This document shows positions 29,220 to 39,647 of a DNA stretch of 64,000 bases, piece by piece. Each line of letters opens with the position of its first letter. Positions within the stretch are counted from its first letter, which is position 1. Under the pieces are notes generated by a model. It worked only from the letters and a program-made list of their open reading frames with translations. It did no database searches and was not told where the DNA came from. The position numbers and the translations under genes are program-made. The stretch comes from an uncultured delta proteobacterium (GTDB lineage: Bacteria; Desulfobacterota; Binatia; Binatales; Binataceae), in the NCBI GenBank assembly GCA_963711565.1, contig CAVQEQ010000001.1, positions 512,001-576,000 on the forward strand. The letters run 5' to 3'.

Positions 29220-29265
29220 CAGCCCACTCTTGATGCCTCCATCCCCTTGAGCACTAGAATGGTAA

Positions 29266-30618
29266 TTGAACAGCGCACCGGGGAACCTCTTGGCTAACAT
29301 TCTCGTCGTCGATGACGACCGCAATATCCGCCGTACGCTGGCGGCCAGCCTTGAATCCGCGAGTCATCAAGTGACGGTGGCTGAAACAGCGGAACGCGCA
29401 TTGGAGTTGTTCGCGCCGTCGGCCCCGGCGGTAGTCGTCTCCAACGTCCGCATGGAGGGGATGGGCGGGCTGAAGCTGCTCGAATCGATCAAGCGGCTCA
29501 ACCCGGCGCTGCCGGTCGTAATGATGACGGCCTACGGCTCAATTCCCGACGCGGTCGAGGCGATGCGCCTGGGGGCCTACGACTACGTGACCAAGCCGTT
29601 CACGGCGGATCAGATCGTGCACGTCGTCGCGCGCGCTCTCGAGGTACACGAGCTGCGCGCCGAAAATAAAGAACTGCGAGATCGGATCGAGAGCCTGACC
29701 GAACCCGAGCCGTTTCTTACCTACAGTCCGCATTCGCGAAAACTGGCGGAGATCGCGGCGCAAGTGGCCGACAGCGACGCGACCGCTTTGATCACCGGCG
29801 AGAGCGGCACCGGCAAGAGCATGCTGGCGTCGTATATCCACCGCTTGAGTCCGCGCAAAGACGGGCCGTTCGTGCAGGTCGCGTGCACGACGCTCAGCGA
29901 GCATCTGCTGGAGAGCGAACTCTTCGGGCACGTGCGCGGTTCGTTTACCGGCGCAATCAAGGACAAGCCCGGCCGCCTCGAAGCGGCGGAGGGCGGGACC
30001 GTCCTGCTCGACGAGATCGGCGACCTGACGCCGGTGGTTCAATCGAAGCTGCTGCGCTTTCTGCAGGAGCGGACGTTCGAGCGCGTCGGCGGCGCGCAGA
30101 CGATCAAAGTGGACGCGCGCATAATCGCCGCGACCAATCAGCATCTCGAGCAGCTCGTCAAGGAAAAGCGCTTCCGCGAGGATCTCTACTACCGCCTCAA
30201 CGTGATCGAATTGCAGGTGCCAGCCCTGCGCGATCGGCCGGGAGAAATCCTGAAGCTGGCGGAGCACTTTGCCGCGCAAGCCGCACAGGCGCATCACAAG
30301 CCGGCCCATTCGATTGCGGCTGAGGCGCGCGAAGCGCTGGTGTCCTACGCGTGGCCGGGCAATATCCGTGAACTGCGCAACGTGATGGAGCGCGCAGTGA
30401 TCCTGAGCCGCGGCGAGGCGATCAACCTGAGCGATTTGCCGGACAAGATTCTGGCATCACCTGACAAACTCGATCACAGCCACACACTGGAGCAGATGGA
30501 GCGGCGGCATATTGAAGTCGTGCTCGAGCAGGCGATGACGCTCGAAGAAGCGGCCGATATGCTGGGAATCAACGTCGCGACGCTATGGCGAAAGCGCCGG
30601 AGATACGGGCTGGACTGA
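29266..30618 (+). CDS. Sigma54-dependent transcriptional activator (REC-AAA+-Fis HTH; AlgB/NtrC-like)
   Basis: GESGTGKS, ESELFGHVRGSFTGA, LLDEIG, FREDLYYRLNV, WPGNIREL, TLWRKRRRYG. Confidence 0.93.
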   Translation: MNSAPGNLLANILVVDDDRNIRRTLAASLESASHQVTVAETAERALELFAPSAPAVVVSNVRMEGMGGLKLLESIKRLNPALPVVMMTAYGSIPDAVEAMRLGAYDYVTKPFTADQIVHVVARALEVHELRAENKELRDRIESLTEPEPFLTYSPHSRKLAEIAAQVADSDATALITGESGTGKSMLASYIHRLSPRKDGPFVQVACTTLSEHLLESELFGHVRGSFTGAIKDKPGRLEAAEGGTVLLDEIGDLTPVVQSKLLRFLQERTFERVGGAQTIKVDARIIAATNQHLEQLVKEKRFREDLYYRLNVIELQVPALRDRPGEILKLAEHFAAQAAQAHHKPAHSIAAEAREALVSYAWPGNIRELRNVMERAVILSRGEAINLSDLPDKILASPDKLDHSHTLEQMERRHIEVVLEQAMTLEEAADMLGINVATLWRKRRRYGLD

Positions 30619-31272
30619 CGGCTTTGCGGGAGCCTGCTGACGCGTCGCCAGGATCGCGGCCGTGAATGCTGGATCAGCAAACAATCCCCTCAACGCATCC
30701 GTGAGGTATTCTCCAAGCACGTGCGTCGCAGGCTTGCCGCTGAAAGCAGACTCGTCGGTGGGAGTACCCTCGGCACCGACGTTTTTTGAAAATAGGACCT
30801 TACCGGTCTGCAGCTGTACCTCGACTCGCATCGAGAGATAACCTCGCCCCGTCGCGGTGAATCCGAACTCGCCGTCGATTAGCTTCCGTGCAGCGAATCG
30901 CTCGATCTGGATGACGATCAGTGAGCCGACGCTACCTATCTTGAACCCGCGCGCCTTCAATTCCGTCTCGGCCGCACCCCTGACGGTGTCGACGGCATCT
31001 TTGACCTGGAAGCGCACTAGCTTATCGCTGAAAGGGTTGGCCCTGTCCCAAAACGAGTCATATTCGTCGGGCTCCAGATCCTCAACTCTGACTTCCACGG
31101 GCACGGTATCGGCGCCTGCGATCGCCTGCACGTTCTGCTGCGGGACATAAGTGATCGGCAATTTAGTTGCTTCGATCGAGCAACCAACTAGAAGGGCTCC
31201 GAATGCGAGGAGCGGGATTGTGCCCATTGCGAACGCGACCGCGCCGAATCGGCGACAACGATAGAAAAGCAT
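30583..31272 (-). CDS. YajG-like lipoprotein
   Basis: Lipobox LLVGC, then ITYVPQ..VEVRVED, ETELKARGF, LFADPAF. Start 31272 or 31227. The longer ORF in the track runs over the next gene. Confidence 0.6.
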   Translation of the reverse strand: MLFYRCRRFGAVAFAMGTIPLLAFGALLVGCSIEATKLPITYVPQQNVQAIAGADTVPVEVRVEDLEPDEYDSFWDRANPFSDKLVRFQVKDAVDTVRGAAETELKARGFKIGSVGSLIVIQIERFAARKLIDGEFGFTATGRGYLSMRVEVQLQTGKVLFSKNVGAEGTPTDESAFSGKPATHVLGEYLTDALRGLFADPAFTAAILATRQQAPAKPSVQPVSPALSP

Positions 31273-31391
31273 CGATAGATCAACTACCAGTTGTCGGCGC
31301 GCCGGAAAACCCGGTCCGCGCGACAGCCAATAACATACCGGCGCGCTCCGCGATGGAGCGCGCCGGTGCTTAGAGCGAGCGCTGTGCGCGA

Positions 31392-31811
31392 CTATTTTTT
31401 GTTCATCGCACCTTCGAGACGGCTGTGACTCTTTACGCACGTGCCGAGGCTGGTGAACGGATCCGGCCAGTCGTGCTTGACGCAATACGGCAGCGCCGAC
31501 ATATCGTTGTCCGAGTATCCGCGCGCCGACAGATCCTTCTTCATGCAATCGCTGTGCGCCTGGTTGGCGCCCGCGACGCCGGCGGCATCGTCGGCAGCTT
31601 CGGTGATCAGCGCGTCGCGCAGTTCGATCTTCACCTGCGGATCGGTACTCTTGCCAAGTGAGCCCGCGATGTTGCTCGACGGACCACAGGTCCCGACCGC
31701 ATCGATGAACGCCTCTTCGATCCCGACTGGACTGAGATCTTTTGCGAACCCCACGCTCGCCACCGCCATCAACATACTTGTCGCAATCAATGCCACAGCA
31801 AATCGTTTCAT
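31392..31811 (-). CDS. Secreted hypothetical protein with 4 Cys
   Basis: GGAGG RBS; signal peptide MKRFAVALIATSMLMAVASVGFA. Confidence 0.7.
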   Translation of the reverse strand: MKRFAVALIATSMLMAVASVGFAKDLSPVGIEEAFIDAVGTCGPSSNIAGSLGKSTDPQVKIELRDALITEAADDAAGVAGANQAHSDCMKKDLSARGYSDNDMSALPYCVKHDWPDPFTSLGTCVKSHSRLEGAMNKK

Positions 31812-32007
31812 CGCACTCGTCCTCCAGGTTTGAGATGTGACCCCTGCGAAAACGGCCGCATCGTTGGCAATCCGCTTTTATCTGTACGATGCGGCGGTCA
31901 AAAAAGTCCAGCGGACGCGACCGATTCTGTTCCAGCGGGCACACGGCTTGACGGAAACTGCCGCTTGATGAAAGTGTCGCCTGAATTCAGTCCAAGGGAA
32001 ATTCATC

Positions 32008-32946
32008 ATGGCCAAGATTGCACTCGCTTGCACTATCCTTCCCGACAGCCCGCCGACGCGCCTGATCGAATGGTCGCGCGCGGCGGAGGAAGCGGGCTTT
32101 TCGGGCGTCTTCATGACTGAGGCGAACAACGACTCGATTGCCTGCGCGCTCGCGCTCGGGCTTCACACCAGGCGAATCAAACTCGGCACCGCGATCACCA
32201 ACATTTATCTGCGCCACCCTAATCTGCTCGCCAATGAAGCGGCGGCGGTGCAGGAATTCACCGGCGGACGATTCATCCTCGGTCTCGGCACGGGGCATCG
32301 CGAGGGCAATTCCGCACTCGGAATCGACATGGGAGTGCCGCTGACGCGGATGCGCGAAACGGTGAAGACGCTGCGCGCCGCACTCGACGGCGGCAAAACG
32401 GGCCCGCGCGTCAGCGCGAAGCTGCCGCTCTACCTGGCGGGCGTCTCGCGCCCGATGGTGAAGCTGGCCGGCGAAATCGGCGACGGCGTCATCTTCAACT
32501 TCTTTCCGCCGGCGCGGGTCAAGGAAGCGCTTGGCGAGTTGGCCGAGGGCGCGAAGATCGCCGGCCGCGATGTCAAGCAGATCGAGCCGACACTATTCGC
32601 GACCGCATTCATCTCCGACGACCTCGAAGCGGCGCGCCGCCCCGCGCGCAAGCTGCTGTCACGCTACGGCGCATTGAAATTCTACGGCAACATGATGGCG
32701 CATTCGGGGTTCGAGCGCGAAATCTCCGCGATTCGCGGGGCGGGACGCGATGCCGACGCGGCTATCGCCGCGGTCAGCGACGAGCTGATCGATGCGACTT
32801 TGCTGGTCGGCTCGGAGTCGCGCGTTCGCGATCGGCTGCAGGAGCTATGCGCGCCGGGAATCGGCACCGCGATCGTCTTTACGAATCCGGTCAACGAGGA
32901 CCGCAACGCCGCCGTGCTGCGAACGATCCGCGCGCTCAAGCAGTAA
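32008..32946 (+). CDS. LLM class (possibly F420-dependent) oxidoreductase
   Basis: AEEAGFSGVFMTE, IKLGTAITNI, GRFILGLGTG, MVKLAGEIGDG. Confidence 0.88.
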   Translation: MAKIALACTILPDSPPTRLIEWSRAAEEAGFSGVFMTEANNDSIACALALGLHTRRIKLGTAITNIYLRHPNLLANEAAAVQEFTGGRFILGLGTGHREGNSALGIDMGVPLTRMRETVKTLRAALDGGKTGPRVSAKLPLYLAGVSRPMVKLAGEIGDGVIFNFFPPARVKEALGELAEGAKIAGRDVKQIEPTLFATAFISDDLEAARRPARKLLSRYGALKFYGNMMAHSGFEREISAIRGAGRDADAAIAAVSDELIDATLLVGSESRVRDRLQELCAPGIGTAIVFTNPVNEDRNAAVLRTIRALKQ

Positions 32947-32954
32947 CGCACGCC

Positions 32955-33725
32955 TTACGGCACGTCGTCCTGATCGGCGGGGTTCTGATCGCTGGGGCTG
33001 CGGGCTAGCGCGACGCGATCGTAAAAGTGCCTGATGCGCTTGGCGTTGACGCCAAAGTCACCAATCCCGTCGCGCGATTTCGATCGCATCTCGATCAGGC
33101 TCGCGCCATCGGGCGTCGGCCGAATCTGGATCACGACATCGTCATGGAAATGGAACAGCCTGGAAGTGGCGACCGCCTCGAACGTATCCGTGGCCGGATC
33201 CTTGTAGGTAATCTTCCACGTCGGAATCGCCTGGGCGACCTCGATCACACGCGCGTAGGCGTCCGCCGGTGAAAGGCGTTCCTTGATCGGACCGATCGGG
33301 CCGTAGCCGGCCAACTGCCGGTCGGCATACTTCGCCTTGTTGTATTTCATGTCGCGATTCGGCTCATGCTGCAGTTGCTCGGCGTAAACGAACTCGGGCG
33401 AATCGTCGAAATCAGTCGTGATGTCGTTGATGGGCGGATACTTGGAGCCGCTCAGCACGATGATAATCATCGGCACCGCAATCAGCGCGCATATCACCGT
33501 GCCCACCACTGCCCGATTGCGCCCGGCTCGGAGCTGCGGCGTGCGCGTCAGAAAAATCGCGAGCAGACCGACCAATGAACCAATTATGCTCAGCAGGAAC
33601 CCCAGAGCGAAGAGCTGGAACCCCAAGAACGCCGGAACAAAATAGAAATGCGCGCCGATGACTCCCACCAGTATCATCGTGATCGCCAATAGCGCGTCAA
33701 AGAATGCGAGCCATGCAAAGGTCAT
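32955..33725 (-). CDS. DUF1499 family membrane protein
   Basis: 3 TM, then PPINDITTD, F.DDVVI.I, RSKSR.GIGDFGVNAKRI. Confidence 0.85.
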   Translation of the reverse strand: MTFAWLAFFDALLAITMILVGVIGAHFYFVPAFLGFQLFALGFLLSIIGSLVGLLAIFLTRTPQLRAGRNRAVVGTVICALIAVPMIIIVLSGSKYPPINDITTDFDDSPEFVYAEQLQHEPNRDMKYNKAKYADRQLAGYGPIGPIKERLSPADAYARVIEVAQAIPTWKITYKDPATDTFEAVATSRLFHFHDDVVIQIRPTPDGASLIEMRSKSRDGIGDFGVNAKRIRHFYDRVALARSPSDQNPADQDDVP

Positions 33726-33752
33726 CCACTTTTCTCCCGTGAGAGATTCGCG

Positions 33753-34565
33753 TCAGCGGCCCGGCGCCTGATTCTTGATTCCGCGCACCACGAACTGCGG
33801 CAATACGAACAGAAACGATCCTCCCGCGACTGCGCGATCGATGTCGGTGAACCAACCCTCGACCTCGGCTGCCGCGATCTTGCCGGAGTCGCGAGCGTAC
33901 CGCGCGAAACTGGCCTTCAGCATCGGCATCGAGCGCCCGACGGTATCCGCGCCGGCGTGGATCTCGACATTCACGTCGTCAAGCCCAGCGGCGCGAAACA
34001 ACCGATAAAGCTGGCGTCCGATCTGCGGCTCCCTTATCGCAATCGCCTTCGACGCCGCGATGATTCGATCGCTGCGCTCACGCGCCGCAGCGCCGATATC
34101 GAGCGCGAGCATGTCCCAGTCGCTGTCAACCGCAACCGCAATCCCGCCCGGCGCCGTCACCCGCGCCATTTCCGCGACAGTATCGGCCGCGGAATCGACA
34201 TATTCAAGAACGTTTTTGCACCAGACGCGGTCGAACGAGGCGTCGGGAAAGGGCAGTGGCGGAAACGCGCTTTGTACGAACTCCGCTGCCAGCTTGGCCT
34301 CGCGCGCGCGTGCGCCGGATCGCTCGACGAATTCGGCGTTGATATCGACGCCAGTCACTTTGCCGCCTGGAGCCACGCGCCGAGCCAGCTCGAAGGTGGT
34401 GTGGCCGGGACCGGAGCCGACATCGAGCACACGCAGACCAGCTTTGAGCTCGAGCGGCCGCAGCAACGGCTCCATCGCGGGGTGATAGGCGAGGATTTTG
34501 TCGTATGCGCTGTGGCGATCCGGGTCGATATCGACCCAATGCTGCTTGTAGTAAGGCTCAGCCAT
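33753..34565 (-). CDS. SAM-dependent methyltransferase
   Basis: RVLDVGSGPG, GVDIN, LPFPDASFD, EMARVTAPGG. Confidence 0.88.
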   Translation of the reverse strand: MAEPYYKQHWVDIDPDRHSAYDKILAYHPAMEPLLRPLELKAGLRVLDVGSGPGHTTFELARRVAPGGKVTGVDINAEFVERSGARAREAKLAAEFVQSAFPPLPFPDASFDRVWCKNVLEYVDSAADTVAEMARVTAPGGIAVAVDSDWDMLALDIGAAARERSDRIIAASKAIAIREPQIGRQLYRLFRAAGLDDVNVEIHAGADTVGRSMPMLKASFARYARDSGKIAAAEVEGWFTDIDRAVAGGSFLFVLPQFVVRGIKNQAPGR

Positions 34566-34578
34566 GACCGATGAGCGA

Positions 34579-35451
34579 TCAGACGAGACGGAGTTCCTTC
34601 ATCGCGATGCGCAACTTCTCAGCAGGCCCCGCGGTCATCGGCACCAGTGGCAGCCGCAACTCGTTGGCGCACTTGCCCATGAACGCGACCGCCTGCTTGA
34701 CAGGAATTGGATTGGTCTCGACGAACAGCGCGCGCATCATCGGCAGCAACCGGTAATGAATCTCGCGCGCCTTCGCGAAATCACCAGCTAGCGCGGCGGC
34801 CGCGAGATCGTGCACCTCGCGCGGGACTATGTTGCTGCACGTCGAGATGACGCCCTTCCCGCCGAGCGCCATTACGGGCAGCGTGAGCGCGTCGTCGCCC
34901 GACAGAATCGTTATCCGGTCGCCGCACATCTTGAGGATGTCGGACGACTGATCCATCGAGCCCGACGCCTCCTTGATGCCGACGATGTTCTTGATCTCGG
35001 CCAGCCGCGCAACGGTCTCGGGCAAGATGTTCGACGCGGTACGGCCCGGGATGTTGTACACGAACAGCGGGATATCCACGCTCGCCGCGATCGTCTTGTA
35101 GTGCCGGTAGATGCCGTCCTGAGTGGGCTTGTTGTAGTAGGGCGATAGCAGCAGCGCGCCGTCCGCGCCCATCTCGCGCGCCGCCGCGGTCAGCCGAATC
35201 GCCTCGGCGGTCGAATTCGATCCGGTGCCCGCGATGACCGGGACGCGTTTGCGCGTCTGCTCGATTGTGATCTTGATCACGCTGTCGTGCTCGGCGTGCG
35301 AGAGCGTGGCGGATTCACCGGTCGAGCCGCACGGGACCAGCCCGTCGATGCCACTCTGGATCTGCCATTCGATCAGATCGCGCAACGCCGGTGCGTCCAC
35401 CTCGCCGTCGCGAAACGGCGTTACGAGAGCAGTCAGTGCGCCATTGAACAT
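34579..35451 (-). CDS. dapA: 4-hydroxy-tetrahydrodipicolinate synthase
   Basis: TALVTPF, GSTGE, PYYNKP, YNIPGRT, IKEASG, ETNPIPVK. Confidence 0.96.
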   Translation of the reverse strand: MFNGALTALVTPFRDGEVDAPALRDLIEWQIQSGIDGLVPCGSTGESATLSHAEHDSVIKITIEQTRKRVPVIAGTGSNSTAEAIRLTAAAREMGADGALLLSPYYNKPTQDGIYRHYKTIAASVDIPLFVYNIPGRTASNILPETVARLAEIKNIVGIKEASGSMDQSSDILKMCGDRITILSGDDALTLPVMALGGKGVISTCSNIVPREVHDLAAAALAGDFAKAREIHYRLLPMMRALFVETNPIPVKQAVAFMGKCANELRLPLVPMTAGPAEKLRIAMKELRLV

Positions 35452-35473
35452 CGTTCGTAGCCTCCCGCGTCGC

Positions 35474-36364
35474 TCATTTCACCGGGACCATCTCATCGGC
35501 GCCGAGCTCGACCGCACCGCTGAAAACCTCGACGGCGTTGCCGGTCATGAAAACGTGATTTGCGTCGGGACCGTCGGCGCGCCATTCGATTTCAAGATTG
35601 CCGCCGCGCAGCTCGATCGTTGCAGTCCGCTCGGAATGATTCGTCAGCACAGCCCCGACCAGCGCCGCGCATGCGCCCGTGCCGCAAGCCCAGGTCTCGC
35701 CCGAGCCGCGCTCCCACACGCGCATCTTTAGATTGCGGCGCGAAGAAGCCAGGATGAACTCGGTGTTCACGCGGCGCGGAAAGAACGGATGATGCTCAAA
35801 CTCGCGGCCCAGCGCGGCAAAATCGCGATCTTGCAGCTTGAATACACCGTCATCAGCAACGAACACCACGCAATGCGGATTGCCCATCGAGACCGCCGTG
35901 ATCGATTCGCGCCGGCCTGCGACCTCAAGAGGATAGTCGGTGATTCGGCCGTCGGCATTGACCGGGATGTCACGGCCTTCGAGAATCGGCTCGCCCATAT
36001 CGACCGTCGCGCCCATTACTCGGCGCCCTTCCAATCGCAGCGCAACGGTCTTCAACCCGGCGTCGGTCTCGACGACCATTGGATTCGCGCGCACCAGGCC
36101 GCGCTCGAAGGCGAGCCGCGCCAAGCATCGGATTCCGTTGCCGCACATGTCGCCGCGGCTGCCGTCCGCGTTGTACATTTCCATCCGGATGTCGGCCCTG
36201 CTCGACGGCGCCAACATGATCAGACCGTCGCCGCCGACGCCGAAATGGCGATCGGAAAGTTTCACTGAGAGCGCGGACGGATCGGCGGGACGCGCGCGCA
36301 TCGCAACGATATAGATGTAATCGTTGCCGCATCCGTGCATCTTGGTGAATTCGAGCGTTGCCAT
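35474..36364 (-). CDS. dapF: Diaminopimelate epimerase
   Basis: FTKMHGCGND, MCGNG.RC, SMGNPH, ERGSGETWACGTGA. Confidence 0.96.
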   Translation of the reverse strand: MATLEFTKMHGCGNDYIYIVAMRARPADPSALSVKLSDRHFGVGGDGLIMLAPSSRADIRMEMYNADGSRGDMCGNGIRCLARLAFERGLVRANPMVVETDAGLKTVALRLEGRRVMGATVDMGEPILEGRDIPVNADGRITDYPLEVAGRRESITAVSMGNPHCVVFVADDGVFKLQDRDFAALGREFEHHPFFPRRVNTEFILASSRRNLKMRVWERGSGETWACGTGACAALVGAVLTNHSERTATIELRGGNLEIEWRADGPDANHVFMTGNAVEVFSGAVELGADEMVPVK

Positions 36365-36378
36365 CGCGCTGTGCGCTC

Positions 36379-37638
36379 TCACGCCGTCTTGAGGTCAACG
36401 ATATGTTCGCCGTGAATCTGGTCCTCGAAGCTGTCGCGATCGCGAATCACGTGCGCGTCGGCGCCGTCGACCAGAATCTCGGGCGCGCGCGGACGGCTGT
36501 TGTAGTTCGACGACATCACGAAGCCGTACGCGCCGGCACTCATCACCGCGAGCAGGTCGCCCTCCGCGGGCTCCGCCATCTCACGCTCGCGCGCGAAGAA
36601 ATCGCCGCTCTCGCATACCGGTCCGACGATGTCCGCGGTCACGGTCTTGCCGGGTTTGCGGCGATCGACGGGAATGATCGAGTGATACGCCTCGTACAGC
36701 ACCGGACGAATCAAATCGTTCATCGCGCCATCGATCACGACGAAGCGCTTCACATCGGTTTCTTTATTGTAGAGGACCTTGGTCACCAGCACTCCCGCGT
36801 TGCCGACCATCACGCGTCCCGGCTCGGTGATTATCTTGAGCCCGAGACCCGCGATCGGCTTCAGCAGAGCGTGCGCGTATTCCGACGGCGGCGGCGGCTG
36901 TTCCTGATACGGGATTCCGAGACCGCCGCCGAGATCGAGATACTTCAGCGCGATCCCCGCGCTGCGCAGCCGACCCACAATCGCGGCAACCTTCTGTCCC
37001 GCTTCGGCAAACGGCGCCATCTCGGTTATCTGCGAGCCGATATGGGTGCTGAGGCCGACGATTTCGAGCTGCGCGAGCGCGCTGGCCTCGGCGTAATACT
37101 CGTCCACCTGCGAAAGCGGCACACCGAATTTGCTGTCGCGATGGCCGGTGGAGATGTGCGGATGCGTACCCGGATCGAGATCGGGATTCACCCGCAGACT
37201 GACGGGCGCGCGATGCTTCATCCGGCCCGCGACCTCGGCCACGCGATGCAGTTCGGGGCGTGACTCGACGTTGATCATCAGGATGCCGGCTTCGAGCGCT
37301 GCCAAGATCTCCTCATCAGTCTTGCCGACCCCGGAGAACACAATCTTGCGCGGGTCCGCGCCGATGCGCAGGCATCGCATCAACTCGCCGACCGACACGA
37401 TATCGAATCCCGCGCCCATCGAGGCGAACAACTTCAGGATGCTCAGATTCGACAGCGCCTTCATCGCGTAGCAGATCAAATGATCCGTGCCGGCGAAGGC
37501 CTCGTCGAAGACGCGGAAATGGCGCCGGAGCGTGCGCGCGCTATAAACGAAAAAAGGCGTGTTGATTCGCCGCGCCAGGTCGGCGATCGGCAGGTCCTCG
37601 GCATAAAGCTGATCGTTGCGGTATTCGAAGTAGTTCAT
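36379..37638 (-). CDS. lysA: Diaminopimelate decarboxylase
   Basis: YAMKA, FSGVGK, SKFG, HIGSQ, EPGR, GPVCESGD, AGAYG..SSNYN. Confidence 0.96.
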   Translation of the reverse strand: MNYFEYRNDQLYAEDLPIADLARRINTPFFVYSARTLRRHFRVFDEAFAGTDHLICYAMKALSNLSILKLFASMGAGFDIVSVGELMRCLRIGADPRKIVFSGVGKTDEEILAALEAGILMINVESRPELHRVAEVAGRMKHRAPVSLRVNPDLDPGTHPHISTGHRDSKFGVPLSQVDEYYAEASALAQLEIVGLSTHIGSQITEMAPFAEAGQKVAAIVGRLRSAGIALKYLDLGGGLGIPYQEQPPPPSEYAHALLKPIAGLGLKIITEPGRVMVGNAGVLVTKVLYNKETDVKRFVVIDGAMNDLIRPVLYEAYHSIIPVDRRKPGKTVTADIVGPVCESGDFFAREREMAEPAEGDLLAVMSAGAYGFVMSSNYNSRPRAPEILVDGADAHVIRDRDSFEDQIHGEHIVDLKTA

Positions 37639-37727
37639 CGCGATGTTACGACAGGGCGAAGTTTCGTTTCTATCATAGCGCAACCCCGCGAATAAACTGA
37701 CGCTCCCAGTCAGGTTCGCGCCCAATC

Positions 37728-38234
37728 CTATTGAATGGGGACGGGGGTCGGCACTACGAAAGTATCGGGGTTCGGCGGTGCCGATGCATGCTTGCGCACG
37801 ATCCTCACATCGTTCGACGGCTCGCTGACGTAGCCGTCGGTGGTGCTCGAAGTCACCTGGTAATGATAGGTCTTGCCCATGATGGTCGCGCCGTCGATGA
37901 AGGTAAATGTATTCTGTACCTGGAAGCGCCCTTCGTCGTGCACTTCGACTTCGCCAATCTTCTCGACCGGGCCACCTTCCATCGTGCGCGAGATTGTGAA
38001 ACCGCCGAGGTCTTTCATCTTTTGACCGCCTGCGTAATTCACCGGCCGGTCCCAGGTCAGCCGAATTCCCTCCTTGGCATTGGCCGCCTCGAGCCCCATG
38101 ATTTGCTCGGGACGCGCCGCCTCCGGCGGTATCGGTGGCGACTTCACGCCGCATCCGAGGAGCACGATATTCAAGAGCGCGGCAATCATAAGCCCGAGCG
38201 TCAACCACTTCGCGCCGTTGGGTTTCCGATTCAT
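37728..38234 (-). CDS. LppL/LptM-like lipoprotein with fibronectin type III domain
   Basis: LLGC-GVKSPP lipopeptide motif; LTW...YHYQVT...SEPSN; position upstream of lysA. Confidence 0.75.
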   Translation of the reverse strand: MNRKPNGAKWLTLGLMIAALLNIVLLGCGVKSPPIPPEAARPEQIMGLEAANAKEGIRLTWDRPVNYAGGQKMKDLGGFTISRTMEGGPVEKIGEVEVHDEGRFQVQNTFTFIDGATIMGKTYHYQVTSSTTDGYVSEPSNDVRIVRKHASAPPNPDTFVVPTPVPIQ

Positions 38235-39613
38235 CGACCTCCGAGCTCCTTCAGGCGGCGCTTGACCGTGGCCGGCGCCGGACCGCCTTCGATCGTGCGC
38301 CGCGCGAGCGAATTCTCGGCGCGAAGAATCGCGATCGCGTCGGCGCCAAACGCGTTCGAATGCCGCCGCAACTCCGCGATGCTCAAGTCCTCAAGCGTCT
38401 TGCCCGCTTCGGCCGTTTCCCGAACTATCGCGCCGACGATCTCGTGCGCCTGGCGAAACGCAGTGCCGCGACTGACCAGGTATTCCGCGAGATCCGTCGC
38501 CAGCGCAAATCCTCCCGCCGCTGCGCGCATGCGCTTTAGATCAAACCGCAACATCGGCCAAAACTTTGCCAGAAGATCGAGCGCGGGTTTCAGTGCGTCG
38601 AGCGCGTCGAACACGCGTTCCTTGTCTTCCTGCAAGTCAGAGTTATAAGCGAGCGGCAGGCCCTTCAAAACAGTCAGCATCGCGACGAGATCGCCGAACA
38701 CGCGGCCAGTCTTGCCGCGAATCAGTTCCAGCAGGTCGGGATTCTTTTTCTGCGGCATCATCGAGCTACCGGTAGAAAACTCGTCGGGAATCGCCGCGAA
38801 CCCGAACTCCGCGCTCGTCCAGAGAATTATTTCCTCGCACATCCGCGACAGATGCACCTGCGTGAGCGCGGCCGCCGAAAGAAAATCCACCACGAAATCG
38901 CGATCCGACACCGCGTCCATGCTGTTGGCGGTGATCGCCTTGAACCCCAGCAGCCGCGCGACCATTCGGCGATCGAGGCGTAGCGTCGTTCCCGCCAATG
39001 CTCCCGCGCCGAGCGGCATGACAGCGGTGCGCGCCGCGGCCTGCTCGAAGCGTTCGCGGTCTCGGCCAAGCATCTCGACATAGGCAAGCAAGTGATGCGC
39101 GAGCGTGACGGGCTGCGCGCGTTGCAAGTGCGTGTAGCCGGGCATGATCGTCGCGACGTGGCGCCGCGCGAGCTTAGCAAGCGTCGCGCGGAGCCCCGCG
39201 ATCAGCGCAATCACGCCAGCGATCTCGTCGCGCAAGAAAAGCCGCATGTCGAGCGCGACCTGATCGTTGCGCGAACGGCCGGTGTGGAGCTTGCGCCCCG
39301 GCTCGCCGATCAGTGCGATCAGCCGTCGTTCGATCGCCAGGTGAATATCTTCGTCTGCGATATCGAATTTGAAGCGTCCATCCGCGATTTCACTTTCGAT
39401 CCGTTCGAGTCCGGCGACGATCGAGCGCGACTCGCCCGCCTTGAGTAACCCGACCTTCGCAAGCATCTGCGCATGCGCGATCGATCCGCGAATATCGTGC
39501 CGGAACAGCCGCCGGTCGAATGGCAACGACGCGGTAAAGGCTTCGACCTCAGGCAGGCGGCCGCGCGCAAATCTCCCGCGAATGAGATTTTTCTTGCTGG
39601 GACGTACTTTCAC
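38231..39613 (-). CDS. argH: Argininosuccinate lyase
   Basis: EDIH, HTGRSRNDQV, PGYTHLQRAQP, GSSMMPQKKNPD. Confidence 0.97.
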   Translation of the reverse strand: MKVRPSKKNLIRGRFARGRLPEVEAFTASLPFDRRLFRHDIRGSIAHAQMLAKVGLLKAGESRSIVAGLERIESEIADGRFKFDIADEDIHLAIERRLIALIGEPGRKLHTGRSRNDQVALDMRLFLRDEIAGVIALIAGLRATLAKLARRHVATIMPGYTHLQRAQPVTLAHHLLAYVEMLGRDRERFEQAAARTAVMPLGAGALAGTTLRLDRRMVARLLGFKAITANSMDAVSDRDFVVDFLSAAALTQVHLSRMCEEIILWTSAEFGFAAIPDEFSTGSSMMPQKKNPDLLELIRGKTGRVFGDLVAMLTVLKGLPLAYNSDLQEDKERVFDALDALKPALDLLAKFWPMLRFDLKRMRAAAGGFALATDLAEYLVSRGTAFRQAHEIVGAIVRETAEAGKTLEDLSIAELRRHSNAFGADAIAILRAENSLARRTIEGGPAPATVKRRLKELGGR

Positions 39614-39647
39614 GATGAAGCGAGCGAACTGGTTCGCGACGCGCGAA

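Noticed and set aside
29051-29265. c-di-AMP (ydaO) riboswitch before the KimA-like transporter
   Set aside because: No GCTGAATCC/GGAACC/GGGG core is visible; the region is better explained by a sigma54 promoter and enhancer.
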